Positions 28,911-39,124 of a stretch of 64,000 nucleotides of DNA are shown here, piece by piece. The notes beneath the pieces were generated by a model. The model saw nothing but the letters and a program-made list of their open reading frames with translations. It was not told where the DNA came from and did not search any database. Source of the DNA: Nitrospirota bacterium (GTDB taxonomy: Bacteria; Nitrospirota; UBA9217); assembly GCA_963751455.1 (NCBI GenBank), contig CAVVUN010000009.1, positions 96,001 to 160,000 on the forward strand, read 5' to 3'. The position numbers were made by a program, and so were the translations under genes. The number at the start of each line of letters is the position of its first letter. The stretch's first letter is position 1.

Positions 28911-30752
28911 TCATGAAGCATCATGATTTGCGCGAACGGGACTGGAGGATTGAATCAGGGAAGCGGCCTCGATGTTCCATTTTTTGGTCAGTGGAAGAGT
29001 GAATGTAAAGGTGCTTCCCTGTCCAACAGTGCTTTCCGCCCAGATAGATCCCCCGTGATATTCCACGATCTGGCGGGTAATAGCAAGGCCGAGGCCGGTA
29101 CCCTGGCCGTTATTGGTCAGTACATCGCCTGAACGCCGGAATTTTTCGAAAACCAGCTCCAGGTCGGAGGCGGGTATGCCCACCCCGGTGTCCGATATCG
29201 CGACAACAATTTGAGGCTTCAACGACGGCTCATAGCGTGTTGAGATGTTGATTCTCCCGCCCTGCGGTGTAAACTTTATGGAGTTCGAGAGAATGTTCGT
29301 AATGACCTGGATCAGGCGGTCGCGATCGCCGAAAAAAAGAGGCAAAGACCCGGGCATGGCAATTTTAATGATAATGCTTTTATTGTCCGCCAGAGATTGA
29401 ATGCTCGAAACCGATGTCTGGATGACATCCTCGAAGGAAACCTTCGCGATATGCCACGTAAGCTTGCCTGCTTCAATTTTGGTCAGATCGAGAATATCAT
29501 TGATAAGCCGGGCGAGACGGTCCGTTTCATTGTTGATGATGCCCAGCAGCTTGTCCCGTTTTTCTGACGGCATTTTGGGTTTCATCAAGATAAGTTCCGC
29601 AAAGGCCTTGATGGAGGTGAGGGGTGTTCTGAGTTCGTGCGATACGATGGATATGAAATCCGATTTCACCTGGTCTATCTCTTTCAGCTTTTTATTGACC
29701 GATTCAAGTTCACGGTTCGCTACGGCAAGGTTCTGGTTCGAGGATTGAAGCCGTTCGTATGCCCTTGTCAGGTTGGCGGTTTTTTCGGCGACGCGGAATT
29801 CGAGGTTGCGGTTCAAATCCTCGAGTTCGCTCCGGTTTTTCTTGAGTTGGATGGCCATGCTGTCGAAGCTTCCGGAAAGGACCCCGATCTCGTTGTTCGA
29901 TATGAGGTTGGCCCGCTCCTTCAGGTTGCCTTTTTCAAGCTCCCGGATCACTTTTACAATCCAGCTGAGGGGATTGGATATGCTGTTTGCCAGGAGGATG
30001 CCGATGCCCGCCGCGAGAAGCAGCGTAATTATACTGACGATCGATATGACATTGAAGAGCTGCCTCATGACCGGCTCGGCATTGATGGTACCGCCCAGGC
30101 GCACGGTCAGGTCGCTGCCCACGCGCTGATAAACAAGGGCGCCGAGCGCCAGCAGCGGTGCAATAACGGTAGTAAGGAGAATCGAGAGCACCCTCGTCCT
30201 CGTGTTGATCTGGATCACTTTTGACTCGTCGATCAGCACGTTCCTGGTTTTTTCGGCAAGGACCTGTTTGACGGGGTAGAGAAGCCGTTCGGTCAGGAAA
30301 AAGGAAAATATGGGGAAAATGGAAAGTCCGATCGCCGCATAGATGCCCAGCCGTAAGGTCTCCTTGAGCGGAAGTCCTCCGATGGTTCCCATATAGAGGC
30401 AGTCGAGCAGGGTTACCAACTGGTAACGGACCAGGACGGTCGCTGCATGGACCAGCGGGAGATTCAGTGTCCGGATGCGGGCGGCCGCCATTACATCATC
30501 AGGGGGATCCAGGCGACGTTCCAGATAGAAGGATAGCATTTCAATGGGGCGGCACTCCCATCGGTCGATAAAGTAGAAAGCGGACGCTATGCCGAGCGGG
30601 CTCAGGATGATCATCGTCACATTGATGTAATGAACGAGCTGTAAAGGCTTGAAGTCCATGATTGACAGGACATACGGGACCAAAGTCATGTAGATTACGG
30701 CGATGATCACCAATTCACTGTATACAATTTTTGTCGAAACGTTTAGTCTCAT
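28911..30752 (-). CDS. Multi-TM HAMP sensor histidine kinase
   Basis: About 6 TM; HAMP; SHELRTPL; NSIKFT; GTGLGL. Confidence 0.9.
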   Translation of the reverse strand: MRLNVSTKIVYSELVIIAVIYMTLVPYVLSIMDFKPLQLVHYINVTMIILSPLGIASAFYFIDRWECRPIEMLSFYLERRLDPPDDVMAAARIRTLNLPLVHAATVLVRYQLVTLLDCLYMGTIGGLPLKETLRLGIYAAIGLSIFPIFSFFLTERLLYPVKQVLAEKTRNVLIDESKVIQINTRTRVLSILLTTVIAPLLALGALVYQRVGSDLTVRLGGTINAEPVMRQLFNVISIVSIITLLLAAGIGILLANSISNPLSWIVKVIRELEKGNLKERANLISNNEIGVLSGSFDSMAIQLKKNRSELEDLNRNLEFRVAEKTANLTRAYERLQSSNQNLAVANRELESVNKKLKEIDQVKSDFISIVSHELRTPLTSIKAFAELILMKPKMPSEKRDKLLGIINNETDRLARLINDILDLTKIEAGKLTWHIAKVSFEDVIQTSVSSIQSLADNKSIIIKIAMPGSLPLFFGDRDRLIQVITNILSNSIKFTPQGGRINISTRYEPSLKPQIVVAISDTGVGIPASDLELVFEKFRRSGDVLTNNGQGTGLGLAITRQIVEYHGGSIWAESTVGQGSTFTFTLPLTKKWNIEAASLIQSSSPVRANHDAS

Positions 30753-30787
30753 AGTAAAATTGTTGCCGCGAATGCAGGACCCGGGAA

Positions 30788-31957
30788 TCAGGGGAACAGA
30801 AGCTTCACTGCGGCAGCCCGGAGTCCGTTGGCGTCAAGCCCGCTTTTCAGAAGGAGAGAAGGATCAGCGCAAAGAATTTCCTTGGCTGTGTTCAGGTTTT
30901 CATTGTCGAGTTTCTTTTTGTCAGCATCGGCGAGTCCGGGAATACGAGAGACGGGTGCATCATTTTTCGATGTATACATGACCGCCAGCCGCGATTCTCC
31001 CTGGATTATCGGTAAAAAATAGTAGTATTTGATGCCTGTTTTCCTGATGATCTCGTCCGCCTCGTTTTCTGTAAAAAACCCCGTGTAATCGGTAAAGAGG
31101 GTGGAGAGCAGAACATCCGTAGATATTGTCTGTATCGAGTTGAGGGTAATCTGGTTGAAGAAAATGCCGTATCGTGAAATTCGTATCATGTCCTGAATGA
31201 ATTTATCCCGACGATTCATCGGAAGGAAATGAAAAACATTTATCGCGTTTACCCAGTCAAAAGCGCCGTCCTTGAAACGCGCCAGGTCGGTTACATCGCT
31301 TACCTGAAGCTCTATCTGGTCCTGGAGTCCGGCATCGTTGTTTTTCCGTTTGGCCAGTTCCAGAGTATGCATATTGATGTCGGTCCCGGTTGCGCTGATC
31401 CCCGGACAGGTTTTGGCGGTTTCCCTCAGCACGGAACCGTCGCCGCAGCCCAGGTCCAGAATTGTATGGCCTGTGGATAGCCCGGACCATTTGAAAAATT
31501 CGGCTGCGGACTTTGAAAGATGCGATGCCACCCGCGGGACGTAATCGCGGCTTATCTTGCCCTGGGTAATACTGTCAAGGCCCACCCCTTTCTGGTACGC
31601 TTCCTTTGAATTCTGAACGGCTCTGGTAAAATAACTGAAGAGGTGATGCAGGCCAAGCAGATCAGGTGCAGGTGTGCCCCGGCGTAGAAGGGCTCCTTTC
31701 GGCGTAAGCGTATATCCTTCCTCGGTTTTTGTGAGATACTGATTTGCATGTCCAAATCTCAGCCATCGCTCCACCTTGCTGATATCGTAACCCATCTGGA
31801 CGGAAAGGTGCTGAGCGCTAACGGCCTTTGTTTCCGGTATCCAGTCGAAAAAACCGAGTTCAATACCCTGTACCGTATTAAGCGCGAGCGAACCTTGAAC
31901 GAGCATGTTTAACAGCTCCGAAGCGTATTTTTTTACGTCGCTGGGATCCATCCCCAA
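30788..31957 (-). CDS. Class I SAM-dependent methyltransferase with N-terminal wHTH and C-terminal HhH-like tail
   Basis: ILDLGCGDG; YTLTPKG; tail IPGL...KL...T...IL.AD; start may be ATG 31951. Confidence 0.8.
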   Translation of the reverse strand: MGMDPSDVKKYASELLNMLVQGSLALNTVQGIELGFFDWIPETKAVSAQHLSVQMGYDISKVERWLRFGHANQYLTKTEEGYTLTPKGALLRRGTPAPDLLGLHHLFSYFTRAVQNSKEAYQKGVGLDSITQGKISRDYVPRVASHLSKSAAEFFKWSGLSTGHTILDLGCGDGSVLRETAKTCPGISATGTDINMHTLELAKRKNNDAGLQDQIELQVSDVTDLARFKDGAFDWVNAINVFHFLPMNRRDKFIQDMIRISRYGIFFNQITLNSIQTISTDVLLSTLFTDYTGFFTENEADEIIRKTGIKYYYFLPIIQGESRLAVMYTSKNDAPVSRIPGLADADKKKLDNENLNTAKEILCADPSLLLKSGLDANGLRAAAVKLLFP

Positions 31958-31965
31958 CCTCCCAC

Positions 31966-32643
31966 TTATTCAATGATACCGAGTGCATCGATAACGATCA
32001 GTCCGTAAATCGCCCATATGGTCAGGAGAATAGCCCATACGTAAAAGCTCATCCTCTTCGTGGTCGATTCGTCGGATGTTTTAGACAGCCGCCTGGTCTC
32101 AGCGTCTTTCCAGCGGCTGCGCTGGTAAAAATCCCTGTAGTGGGCATACTGTTCCGGTGCGAGCTCGAAAAGCCTTGCCAGGGGGACACTGTCAGGAGAC
32201 AGCGAGTGCGGGAATTGGAATGATATGTCGATGGCCGGATCGCGAGTCAGAAGGCGGTCCCTTTCAGCGCGATCTACACCCTCTTGGAATTTTTCATAAC
32301 ACGTGATCAGGTTTTCGGCAATGGTCCGGGAGAAGATATGGAATGCTTTTCTTTTTTCAAATTTGGCATTTACAAAGGCGGTTTCGTAAAATTTAGCCGC
32401 CAACGTGTATTGCGCAAGTTTTTGACAGCACAACCCGGAAAGAACCAGCGTGTTTGCGAGACCAGATACCCCGTTGGAAAGTCGATGGGGGGAGAAGGGA
32501 TGACCGCGTACATCGAGAGCCCGAAAGGCATCTTCTGCGCGTTTCAATTCATCAAGCGCTTCTTTGTACCGGCATTGCTGAAAAAGCGCACAGCCGGAAT
32601 CATAAAAACGTTCTGCCGTGCGCTTTGTAGTAGTGATCGGCAT
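31966..32643 (-). CDS. TPR-like protein with C-terminal TM helix
   Basis: Helical repeat pattern (G...F...Y..A); hydrophobic C-terminus. Confidence 0.55.
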   Translation of the reverse strand: MPITTTKRTAERFYDSGCALFQQCRYKEALDELKRAEDAFRALDVRGHPFSPHRLSNGVSGLANTLVLSGLCCQKLAQYTLAAKFYETAFVNAKFEKRKAFHIFSRTIAENLITCYEKFQEGVDRAERDRLLTRDPAIDISFQFPHSLSPDSVPLARLFELAPEQYAHYRDFYQRSRWKDAETRRLSKTSDESTTKRMSFYVWAILLTIWAIYGLIVIDALGIIE

Positions 32644-32652
32644 TTCTGCTGC

Positions 32653-33021
32653 TTAGCCAAGAATATTTTTAATTTTGGTAAGTATTTCCATCGGGCTGAA
32701 GGGTTTTACGATATACTCATCGGCGCCTACTTCTTTCCCGCGCTCCTGCTCGGCCACCTGTCCCTTCGCAGTCAGCATGATGACATACGTGCTCTTAAGG
32801 TCTCCATCTGCTTTTATCGTGCGACACACATCATAGCCGTTGATTTCGGGCATCATGATGTCGAGAAAAAGGATGTCCGGCTTCACCTCTTTCACTTTTT
32901 TGAGCGTTTCTGCCCCGTCCTTCGCCAGCCAGAGCTTATATCCTTCATCTTCAAGGAGGTACGTAAGAGCTTCCCGAATGTTTTCGTTGTCGTCAGCTAT
33001 AAGAATTTTCTTCTGGTTCAT
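32653..33021 (-). CDS. Single-domain response regulator
   Basis: ILIADD, FLDIMMP, MLTA, KPF. Confidence 0.93.
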   Translation of the reverse strand: MNQKKILIADDNENIREALTYLLEDEGYKLWLAKDGAETLKKVKEVKPDILFLDIMMPEINGYDVCRTIKADGDLKSTYVIMLTAKGQVAEQERGKEVGADEYIVKPFSPMEILTKIKNILG

Positions 33022-33322
33022 AATAATACCTGATTCTAATGTATGACAATCTTAAAAAATACTAGCCTTAAATCTTATGTTTGTCAAGGCGTAAAAAACC
33101 GTTTTCTCTTTTTTTTTCAAGCTGTCCGGCGAGTGACGAATAAAACAGGTATATAAATATAAACATTGAAATTACCAGGACGAGAAGGTATCATAAGACC
33201 AATTTTTATTGCAGACCGGAGACGGGAAGACTGCGCACTAGGGTCCCGGACCTGGATCCTTTGTGAACAGACATCCTGTGTACATGGCCCGGGCTCAGAG
33301 GTCAAGGGAAAAGGAGTTCAGA

Positions 33323-34705
33323 GTGGATATCGAAGTCGACTGTGCGGCGGTTTTAAGGAAGGCCATGAGCCGCGGCGGCGATTTTGCTGACGTTTTTATT
33401 GAACGGAGCGCGCCTTTTTCCATTCTGTGCGAAGACGGCAGGATAGAGAAGGTCATTTCCGGCGTTGAGACGGGAGCGGGTGTTCGGCTGATCGTCGGCC
33501 GGCGAACCGCCTACGCATACACGAATGATCTTCGGACCGAGGCCTTGCTCGAGCTCGCCGATGCTGTACGACAAGCGGCTGCAGGAGAAGCGTTGCATGC
33601 CGGCATAAACCTGTCCAGGAAGACACCCCGGGTGGACTTCAGAATACAGAAGGCTCCCGAATCCTTTAGCGTCCAGGATAAGGTCTCAATCGTGCTTCAG
33701 GCGAACAAAATCGCGCGAGCCGATCCGCGTATCAGACAAGCCATGGTCACGTACCGTGAAAACAGGCAGAAAGTCCTGATAGCAAATTCCGAAGGCGCTG
33801 TAGCCGAGGATGAACGCGTTTACCTTACGGCGCTGGTCCACGTGGTGGCTGCCGATGGAAACGTTGTACAGACAGGATACGAGCCGGTGGGCGGACTTGC
33901 CGGGATGGAACTGTTCGATTCCTTTCCTCTTACCAAAGCGGCGGAAACCGCCGTTCGACGGGCGCTCATGATGCTTACAGCACGAAAAGCGCCAGCCGGG
34001 AAAATGCCTGTAGTTCTGTCTTCTGAAGCTGGGGGAACCATGATTCATGAAGCCGTAGGGCACGGGCTGGAGGCCGATCTCGCCCAATCGGGCCTTTCGG
34101 TTTATTCAAACAGGCTGGGAGAGACGATTGCGTCGCCCCTGATTACCGTCGTCGACGATGCGACCCTTGACGGTAAACGGGGGTCGTTCAGGTTCGATGA
34201 CGAAGGCGTTGACGCTGAACGAACTATGCTGGTCGACAGCGGTGTCCTGAAGAATTTCATGTATGACCGTTTGACGGCGATGAAGGACGGAACCTCATCA
34301 ACGGGAAACGGCAGGCGCGAGTCGTACAAACACCGGCCGATACCGAGGATGACGAATACGATGATACTCCCCGGCGAGAGCGATCCGGCAGAAATACTGC
34401 GGAGCACACCGAGCGGTCTTTATGTTACGAAAATGGGCGGTGGCCAGGTGAACACGGTGAACGGTGACTTCGTCTTCGAAGTGAGCGAGGGATACCTCAT
34501 CGAGAACGGCTTTATTGGTGAGCCGGTGCGCGGCGCAACGCTTACCGGGAACGGACCCCGTGTGCTGATGACAATCGATCGGGTGGGACGGGACCTCGGC
34601 TTTTCGATCGGTACCTGCGGCAAAGACGGACAGGGCTCGCCTGTAAGCGATGCCCAACCCACGCTAAGGATACCTGAGATAACCGTGGGAGGAGTAGTTG
34701 CATAA
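33323..34705 (+). CDS. tldD: TldD metalloprotease
   Basis: HEAVGHGLEAD, DDEG, GNGRRES, PRMTNT, CGKDGQ; AAGGAG before GTG 33323. Confidence 0.92.
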   Translation: MDIEVDCAAVLRKAMSRGGDFADVFIERSAPFSILCEDGRIEKVISGVETGAGVRLIVGRRTAYAYTNDLRTEALLELADAVRQAAAGEALHAGINLSRKTPRVDFRIQKAPESFSVQDKVSIVLQANKIARADPRIRQAMVTYRENRQKVLIANSEGAVAEDERVYLTALVHVVAADGNVVQTGYEPVGGLAGMELFDSFPLTKAAETAVRRALMMLTARKAPAGKMPVVLSSEAGGTMIHEAVGHGLEADLAQSGLSVYSNRLGETIASPLITVVDDATLDGKRGSFRFDDEGVDAERTMLVDSGVLKNFMYDRLTAMKDGTSSTGNGRRESYKHRPIPRMTNTMILPGESDPAEILRSTPSGLYVTKMGGGQVNTVNGDFVFEVSEGYLIENGFIGEPVRGATLTGNGPRVLMTIDRVGRDLGFSIGTCGKDGQGSPVSDAQPTLRIPEITVGGVVA

Positions 34706-34729
34706 AAATTGCAGATTGCAAAAAGATTC

Positions 34730-34896
34730 GTAACTACTCAGGTCATTTTTTTATCCGCAGATCACGCAGATTTCGCAGATAAAAACAAAACCTGAATTCT
34801 GGTTTTAAAATCTGCGTCCATCTGCGAAATCTGCGGATAGAAGGCTTTTTCTCAGATTTGTCTTAATGCCGTTCTGAAAAGAAGCTGAATAGTTAC
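34730..34896. mobile_element. 167-bp MITE copy 1 with 8-bp target duplication AAAGATTC
   Basis: TIRs GTAACTACTCAG / CTGAATAGTTAC; AAAGATTC at 34722-34729 and 34897-34904. Confidence 0.9.
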
Positions 34897-34922
34897 AAAG
34901 ATTCAATCTTTTGTGAGGAAAC

Positions 34923-35417
34923 GTGATCATCCGTACAGCCATAATAACCCTCAGCGACAAGGGATCAAAAGGGGAACGAGAGGACGAAAGCGGCAAAGTA
35001 CTCCGGGAAATTGTTACGGACCTCGGCGGATCAGTCGATCACTACGAGATGATACCGGACGAGAAATCGCTGATAGAGCAAACGCTTGTCCGGCTGTCGG
35101 ATTCCGGAACTATAGATCTTATTTTAACCACAGGCGGAACCGGCGTTGCCCCTCGAGACGTAACTCCTGAGGCAACTGCCTCCGTAATCGATCGGGAACT
35201 CCCAGGCATGGCGGAGGCAATGCGCGCCGAGAGCCTTAAAAAGACGCCCCATGCTATGATTTCCCGCGCAATGGCCGGCATCAGGAAACAGACACTGATC
35301 GTAAACCTTCCCGGAAGCCCGAAAGCCGTCCGTGAGAATCTCGGCGTCATACTTCCCGCGCTTCCACATACCATCGAAAAAATCAAAGGCGACCCATCAG
35401 ATTGCGCGCAGAAGTAA
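34923..35417 (+). CDS. mog: Molybdopterin adenylyltransferase (MogA/MoaB family)
   Basis: TLSD, D.SG, TTGGTG, DVTPEA, SRA, NLPGSP. Confidence 0.88.
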   Translation: MIIRTAIITLSDKGSKGEREDESGKVLREIVTDLGGSVDHYEMIPDEKSLIEQTLVRLSDSGTIDLILTTGGTGVAPRDVTPEATASVIDRELPGMAEAMRAESLKKTPHAMISRAMAGIRKQTLIVNLPGSPKAVRENLGVILPALPHTIEKIKGDPSDCAQK

Positions 35418-35472
35418 ACCCGTTAGACGAGGTTCTCTGCCGGGTGGAGTGTGCCTTAATACAACAATCTGC

Positions 35473-35640
35473 GTAACTACTCAGGTCATTTTTTTATCCG
35501 CAGATTACGCAGATTTCGCAGATAAAAACAAAACCAGAATTCCGGCTTTAGAATCTGCGTCAATCTGCGAAATCTGCGGATAGAAGGGCTTTTTCTCAGA
35601 TTTGTCTTAATGCCGTTCTGAAAAGAAGCTGAATAGTTAC
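35473..35640. mobile_element. 168-bp MITE copy 2 with 8-bp target duplication CAATCTGC
   Basis: Near-identical to copy 1; CAATCTGC at 35465-35472 and 35641-35648. Confidence 0.9.
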
Positions 35641-35778
35641 CAATCTGCAAACGTTAAATAACGCAGTTTAATTTTTCTCTGCCGTATGACCTGCTCCTGT
35701 ATCTTATCTATTTTCAAACCTCCTCAACGCCAGTAAACCCGTATATACTATAATAGAGAAGAAGCGGAGGTAAATAAA

Positions 35779-36123
35779 ATGGAACCCCTGAGAAAACTGA
35801 AAGTCCTTGATACTGCCCCCGGCGTTTTCAATGTCTCAAACGCCGTCAGCTATCATCCGGCATCGATTGTAAGCAAGCAGCTCATAAAAAAGGAAACGGG
35901 CTCCGTTACTCTTTTTGCATTTGACGAGGGCCAGGACCTGAGCGAGCATACTGCACCGTATGACGCAATGGTGCATGTGCTCGAAGGAGAAGCGGAGATA
36001 TCTATCTCGCAGAAGAGGTACCTGGTTAAAGCCGGAGAAATGATTATTATGCCTGCCAATCAGCCGCATGCCTTGAAGGCTTTGAAGAAGTTCAAGATGC
36101 TTCTCGTAATGATCAGGTCTTGA
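35779..36123 (+). CDS. Cupin domain protein
   Basis: FAFDEGQDLSEHTAP...VLEGE...MPANQPH. Confidence 0.88.
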   Translation: MEPLRKLKVLDTAPGVFNVSNAVSYHPASIVSKQLIKKETGSVTLFAFDEGQDLSEHTAPYDAMVHVLEGEAEISISQKRYLVKAGEMIIMPANQPHALKALKKFKMLLVMIRS

Positions 36124-36220
36124 AAAAGGCAAGAATAACGGCTGAGCACCGGCAAACGCAAAAGAGGCAGCCCCGCAGCGAGCGGAACTGCCTCTTAACA
36201 TGGAACGGTCAATCTACATT

Positions 36221-36880
36221 TTAATAACCGGCGCTTCCATGTCCGTTAACAGAGCCGCCGGCGCCGCTGCCGCTGCTGTCCGGAACACCTTCCGGAAACT
36301 CTTCAGGAGCTGCGGTTCCACCTGTGTCCTCACCGGACAGATCTTCACTGGGGCCGCCTGCCCCTTCCCCGGACATATCAAGGGACTCATCAACGCCGCC
36401 CGCGCCCATACCTGAGGTCATTGACTCGGCAAGAGCCTGCTTGATGCCACTATGCGCGTCATCCTCGATCGTGCTCAATTTGCCGACCACATCGGTAATA
36501 TTTACTTTAAGACTGCTTGCAACCTGATTCCAGCCTGTTCTGCCCTGTCGCATGGTAACAACACGGTTGATGTTGGCATCCGTTATTCCACCCGGAAGTT
36601 TTTCGACAAATGCTAGTATTGCAGCTATTTCCCCGTACTGCAGGTTTTTGCCGAGCAGTGAGTTGATCCTGTCGGTGCCGACGTTGAAATTATCAGTCAG
36701 CTGCCTGCTGAGAATCTTTTCAGCCTGGGGCAACTTGGCATCTGTGTTGAGCATCGTAATTTCCGCCTTCAATTTATTTTCATCCTTGGATACAGTAGCA
36801 GCTGTTGCAATTCCAGCTGTGGTGATCGAAAGAGCTGCAACTGCTATAAGTAAAAGCATGGTAATCGAAAACTTTTTCAT
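36221..36880 (-). CDS. Secreted hypothetical protein with acidic Gly-rich tail
   Basis: Signal peptide; SD AGGAGG; helical core; low-complexity C-terminus. Confidence 0.7.
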   Translation of the reverse strand: MKKFSITMLLLIAVAALSITTAGIATAATVSKDENKLKAEITMLNTDAKLPQAEKILSRQLTDNFNVGTDRINSLLGKNLQYGEIAAILAFVEKLPGGITDANINRVVTMRQGRTGWNQVASSLKVNITDVVGKLSTIEDDAHSGIKQALAESMTSGMGAGGVDESLDMSGEGAGGPSEDLSGEDTGGTAAPEEFPEGVPDSSGSGAGGSVNGHGSAGY

Positions 36881-37279
36881 GAGAGAAACCTCCTATAGCC
36901 TGACATTGAGTCGATTTTCTAACCGGCATCTGTCCTCTCTTACTTATCGAAGAGACTATTCCGCAAGAAAGGACAATAAAAATATAGCATCGCTATATAG
37001 ATTGTCAAATTCGGCTTCTTGCAGCTGCAATTTGAATCCCCGATTGACGCTTTCTGCAACTTGGGCGTTAAAAACAAGGCGAGTTTGTTAAAGAAATGGT
37101 AAGTGGAATTAAGGGAATGAGGATGATTGCTTTTCGGTCTGTTTACAACGTCCAAAGACAGCGGATGTTACGTTCCAGTAGAAAACGAACAGGAGCCTTG
37201 AGAATTCGGCCCCTGTGGATTCGATCTATTTTTTTGTTTTTAGATAATACGGGTCTGAAGCGTGGCGACTTTTCAGAGA

Positions 37280-37744
37280 TTACAGCATGCCGACAATTCT
37301 CTCATATTCTGCAACAATCTCGTTATATTGATTCCTGATTTCCCCGGAAAAAAGGAAAAATCTGCTTTTTCTGCCGGTAAGCCTCACCTCGGCAGTCAGC
37401 TTATCGCCAGGCGATACAGCCTTCTTGTATTTTGCCGTCTTCTGCACAACATACGGGTTTCCCGATATTCCATCGATGGTGTAAAGGATAAGGGCCGCTG
37501 CAGTAAGACACGCAAATTCATCCTGGGCATATCCGGGATAGGTCGGTGCACCGGGAAAGTGACCTTCGAGATCCGGGTCGTCAGCCGTGATTTCCTTGAG
37601 CCCAGTCATCACTGACTGGCTGCTGCGATCAAAAAAAACGCCGTCGATCTTTCTGAGGGCGGCGCCTCTGTGAGGCAGAATGTCGGTCAATCCGTTTCTG
37701 TTGAAACAAACGAATGATACTGCTGTGTCGCATGACGTACTCAC
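37280..37744 (-). CDS. FabA/FabZ-like hot-dog dehydratase
   Basis: ILPHR...ID; GHFPG.P.YPG...E. Confidence 0.8.
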   Translation of the reverse strand: MSTSCDTAVSFVCFNRNGLTDILPHRGAALRKIDGVFFDRSSQSVMTGLKEITADDPDLEGHFPGAPTYPGYAQDEFACLTAAALILYTIDGISGNPYVVQKTAKYKKAVSPGDKLTAEVRLTGRKSRFFLFSGEIRNQYNEIVAEYERIVGML

Positions 37745-37952
37745 GGTTATCTCCTTACACTATAGAAACGTAATGTTTGTCTGGAAAAAGATGCTAGTGT
37801 AAATATACCGCTCTTGTCAAGAGGTAAAGCCTATCTGTAACATTACGATGCAAAAAATATCCGAATTCAGCAGCAAGTAGCGGATCATAACTATCATGAG
37901 GTATAATCATGTTAAAGATTCCAAAAGCACATTCGTTTGAAAGGAGCTCGAA

Positions 37953-38483
37953 ATGACATCCTATATGGACCGCCTGGTACAGGCAGCCAAGTTGAAGCCC
38001 GAATTGTATGAGGAAGTTGAAGCTGATAAAGGGGCATTTCGTCAGGCAATGGGAGCCGTAATGTTATCGAGTTTAGCAGCGGGTATCGGAGGTCTTGCGA
38101 AGGGAGGGGTGGCCGGAATTTTGGGTGGTTTAATTGTCGCGCTTGCAGGCTGGTTTATATGGGCGTATCTCGTTTATCTCATTGGCGCAAAACTGCTGGC
38201 TCAAAAACAAACGAGTACCGATATGGGTGAAATGCTCCGAACCATCGGCTTTTCGAGTTCTCCGGGCCTGATTAGGATTTTCGGCATCATACCCGGGTTA
38301 ACCGGAATCGTCTTCATTCTGAGCTCTGTCTGGATGTTTGCCGCAATGGTGGTGGCTGTCAGACAGGCTCTGGATTATACGAGCACTATGCGCGCCGTGG
38401 GGGTTTGTCTAATCGGGTGGCTGATTCAGGTTCTGTTCATCGGTGCTTTTCTTTTCATGATCGGGGGCAGGCATGCTATGTGA
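37953..38483 (+). CDS. YIP1-family membrane protein
   Basis: About 5 TM; YEEVEAD; RTIGFSSSPG; AVRQALD. Confidence 0.75.
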   Translation: MTSYMDRLVQAAKLKPELYEEVEADKGAFRQAMGAVMLSSLAAGIGGLAKGGVAGILGGLIVALAGWFIWAYLVYLIGAKLLAQKQTSTDMGEMLRTIGFSSSPGLIRIFGIIPGLTGIVFILSSVWMFAAMVVAVRQALDYTSTMRAVGVCLIGWLIQVLFIGAFLFMIGGRHAM

Positions 38484-38635
38484 TGGCCTCAGCCTTTAGG
38501 TCCATTTATACTGCGACTCTTCAACAGCCCCCTAAGGACAAGAGCTCGCTGCATTTTCCCCTTGCTTGACTGTATATATAATGGTGATAACCTTAAATGG
38601 AAAAGTATCATTGACGGGGAAAGGGGTCTTTCAGT

Positions 38636-39058
38636 ATGTTAATGCGTCATTATCAATGGTACATAAACCATTTGACGGAGCACGTCAGCATGAAGCAATC
38701 CGATGTCGTTTTCGTGGAAAATATTGCTTCCTGGTGCAGAGAGCATGGAGTGCCGGAAAACGACGAGCACAGGCCGATAAAACTCGTGAGCGGAAACGGC
38801 TCCGGCGTTCAGATGCTTATTGCAGAGGAGATCCCCGATGATGTCGTGGAGCAGCGCATCAAGGCAATCCGGATCCGCAGCCAGCTCAAAAACGTTGCAT
38901 ACGACCGTACAGAGCTGCTGAACTCTGAAACGAAGAAGATCGCATATCTTTTCTTGAAGGAATATTCATCGTCTTTCCCGGAACTGGTCTACGACGAGCT
39001 GGCTGCCGACGAATGGGTATTCGAGCAGATGGACCGTATTGGAATGCTCCGTCCCTAA
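38636..39058 (+). CDS. Hypothetical protein
   Basis: 140-aa ORF with normal composition. Confidence 0.6.
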   Translation: MLMRHYQWYINHLTEHVSMKQSDVVFVENIASWCREHGVPENDEHRPIKLVSGNGSGVQMLIAEEIPDDVVEQRIKAIRIRSQLKNVAYDRTELLNSETKKIAYLFLKEYSSSFPELVYDELAADEWVFEQMDRIGMLRP

Positions 39059-39124
39059 CAGTTGCTCAGCGGTCTCAAATAAGGGTGATTGAATAGCGGA
39101 ATGAAAGAAGCGGTCTGTCGGGAT

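Noticed and set aside
34730-35640. Composite transposon that delivered mog
   Set aside because: Each MITE has its own TSD and the outer flanks differ, so these are independent insertions.
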